From assembly GCA_026770705.1 (NCBI GenBank), contig JANJGN010000026.1:5890001-5954000 (forward strand): a stretch of 64,000 nucleotides of DNA, written 5' to 3'. This DNA comes from Isurus oxyrinchus (taxonomy: Eukaryota). Position 1 is the stretch's first letter, and each line of letters begins with the position of its first letter. Below the pieces are notes generated by a model. It saw nothing but the letters and a program-made list of their open reading frames with translations, was not told the origin of the DNA and made no database searches. This document shows positions 63,125 through 64,000 of the stretch, piece by piece. The translations under genes were made by a program, and so were the position numbers.

Positions 63125-64000
63125 CTATTAGGCAGAGAGAGAGGGAGAGAGAGAGAGAGAAAGAAAGAGAGGAGAGAGAAGGGAAGAATTAATGCTCAAA
63201 CTCCCAGCTGGACCATCAGTTTGGCTGGAGAATAGTATGGCATATGGACCATCAATAATTCATTCACCGCTGGAACTGATTAGTTTACCAGTGTATTAAT
63301 GCTGGTCCTTTTTTTATTTATATTGTCCCAAATAAACTGGAAGTCGGAATATAAATAACACAAAACAATTATTTTCCGATTCATGAAAATTTTATGTAAC
63401 CTAGAAGTTGAATGTATTGAGCTTCACTAACGTGACGAAAGGGCATTGAAAATGGCATAAAAATACAGATGAAAAATCACTACATTTATTCATTTAAAAA
63501 TACGGTAAATAATGTTATGAAACATTAAACCACTTTAATAGTGAAACCAATCGGATGACAGGAAATAAGATATGGGTAATAACGAATTCTTAACAAATAT
63601 CAGAAGGAACCAAGGAACAATGCAAAAGAAAAGTTGAGCCAACACCATTGATTCAATTTGGGTTTTGCCCCTGTGGAAACAAGTCAAAGCTCATCAAAGG
63701 CTTTATTGCAGTTCAGTGATTGCTGTAATGGGAGGTTAGGTCTCGCAGTAGTAGTGAGAATTTTCAACTGTTAAAGCAGAAAGGCCTCGGTTTAGAGCCT
63801 CATCAGAAGGACGACAGAATAGATAGTGTTGAATTTGCTCAGGGTCATGGAGCTAGGCTTCCGACACAAGGTCGGAAGTAGGGCTCAAACACAGGGTTTT
63901 CCGAATGAACAGTGAGATTTCAAAATTAATTTCGGCTAAATAAAGTGGCTATGAGAATAAGGAATTCCGGCTCTGAAGGTTATCACACATACTTGACAAC
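63125..64000. repeat. segmental tandem duplicate of 61292-62100 (GPCR intron)
   Basis: Collinear similarity, e.g. aaactctcagctacaccagcagtttt / aaactcccagctggaccatcagtttg and ccattgattcaatt.gggttttg. Confidence 0.85.

Overview
Vertebrate genomic DNA, almost certainly from a cartilaginous fish (shark-like): the Ig constant exons closely match shark IgM, and the repeats are elasmobranch-type. (1) A disabled IgM heavy-chain constant region lies on + (CH1 17544-17838, CH2 18784-19095, CH3 26788-27095, CH4 plus secretory tail 27590-27961, TM1/TM2 33746-34017), with no recognisable V, D or J in the 17.5 kb upstream. (2) A second, orphan IgM TM1/TM2 cassette with intact frame and splice sites lies at 45902-46178. 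(3) Four copies of a two-exon GPR139/GPR142-like class A GPCR are present. One is intact (minus strand, 57056-56987 joined to 55674-54761, 327 aa) and three are pseudogenes or fragments. The two copies with visible promoters share a spaced homeodomain (TAATTA) + O/E/EBF-like (CTCCCTRGAG) + TATA module, resembling olfactory-receptor promoters; this is the most interesting signal. (4) The rest is a C2H2 zinc-finger relic, many CR1/L2 LINE fragments, SINEs, Penelope-like elements and short palindromes carrying minimal hammerhead-ribozyme motifs, mini/microsatellites and one N gap. Most ORFs in the supplied track are spurious. All alignments were done by eye, and repeat boundaries are approximate.
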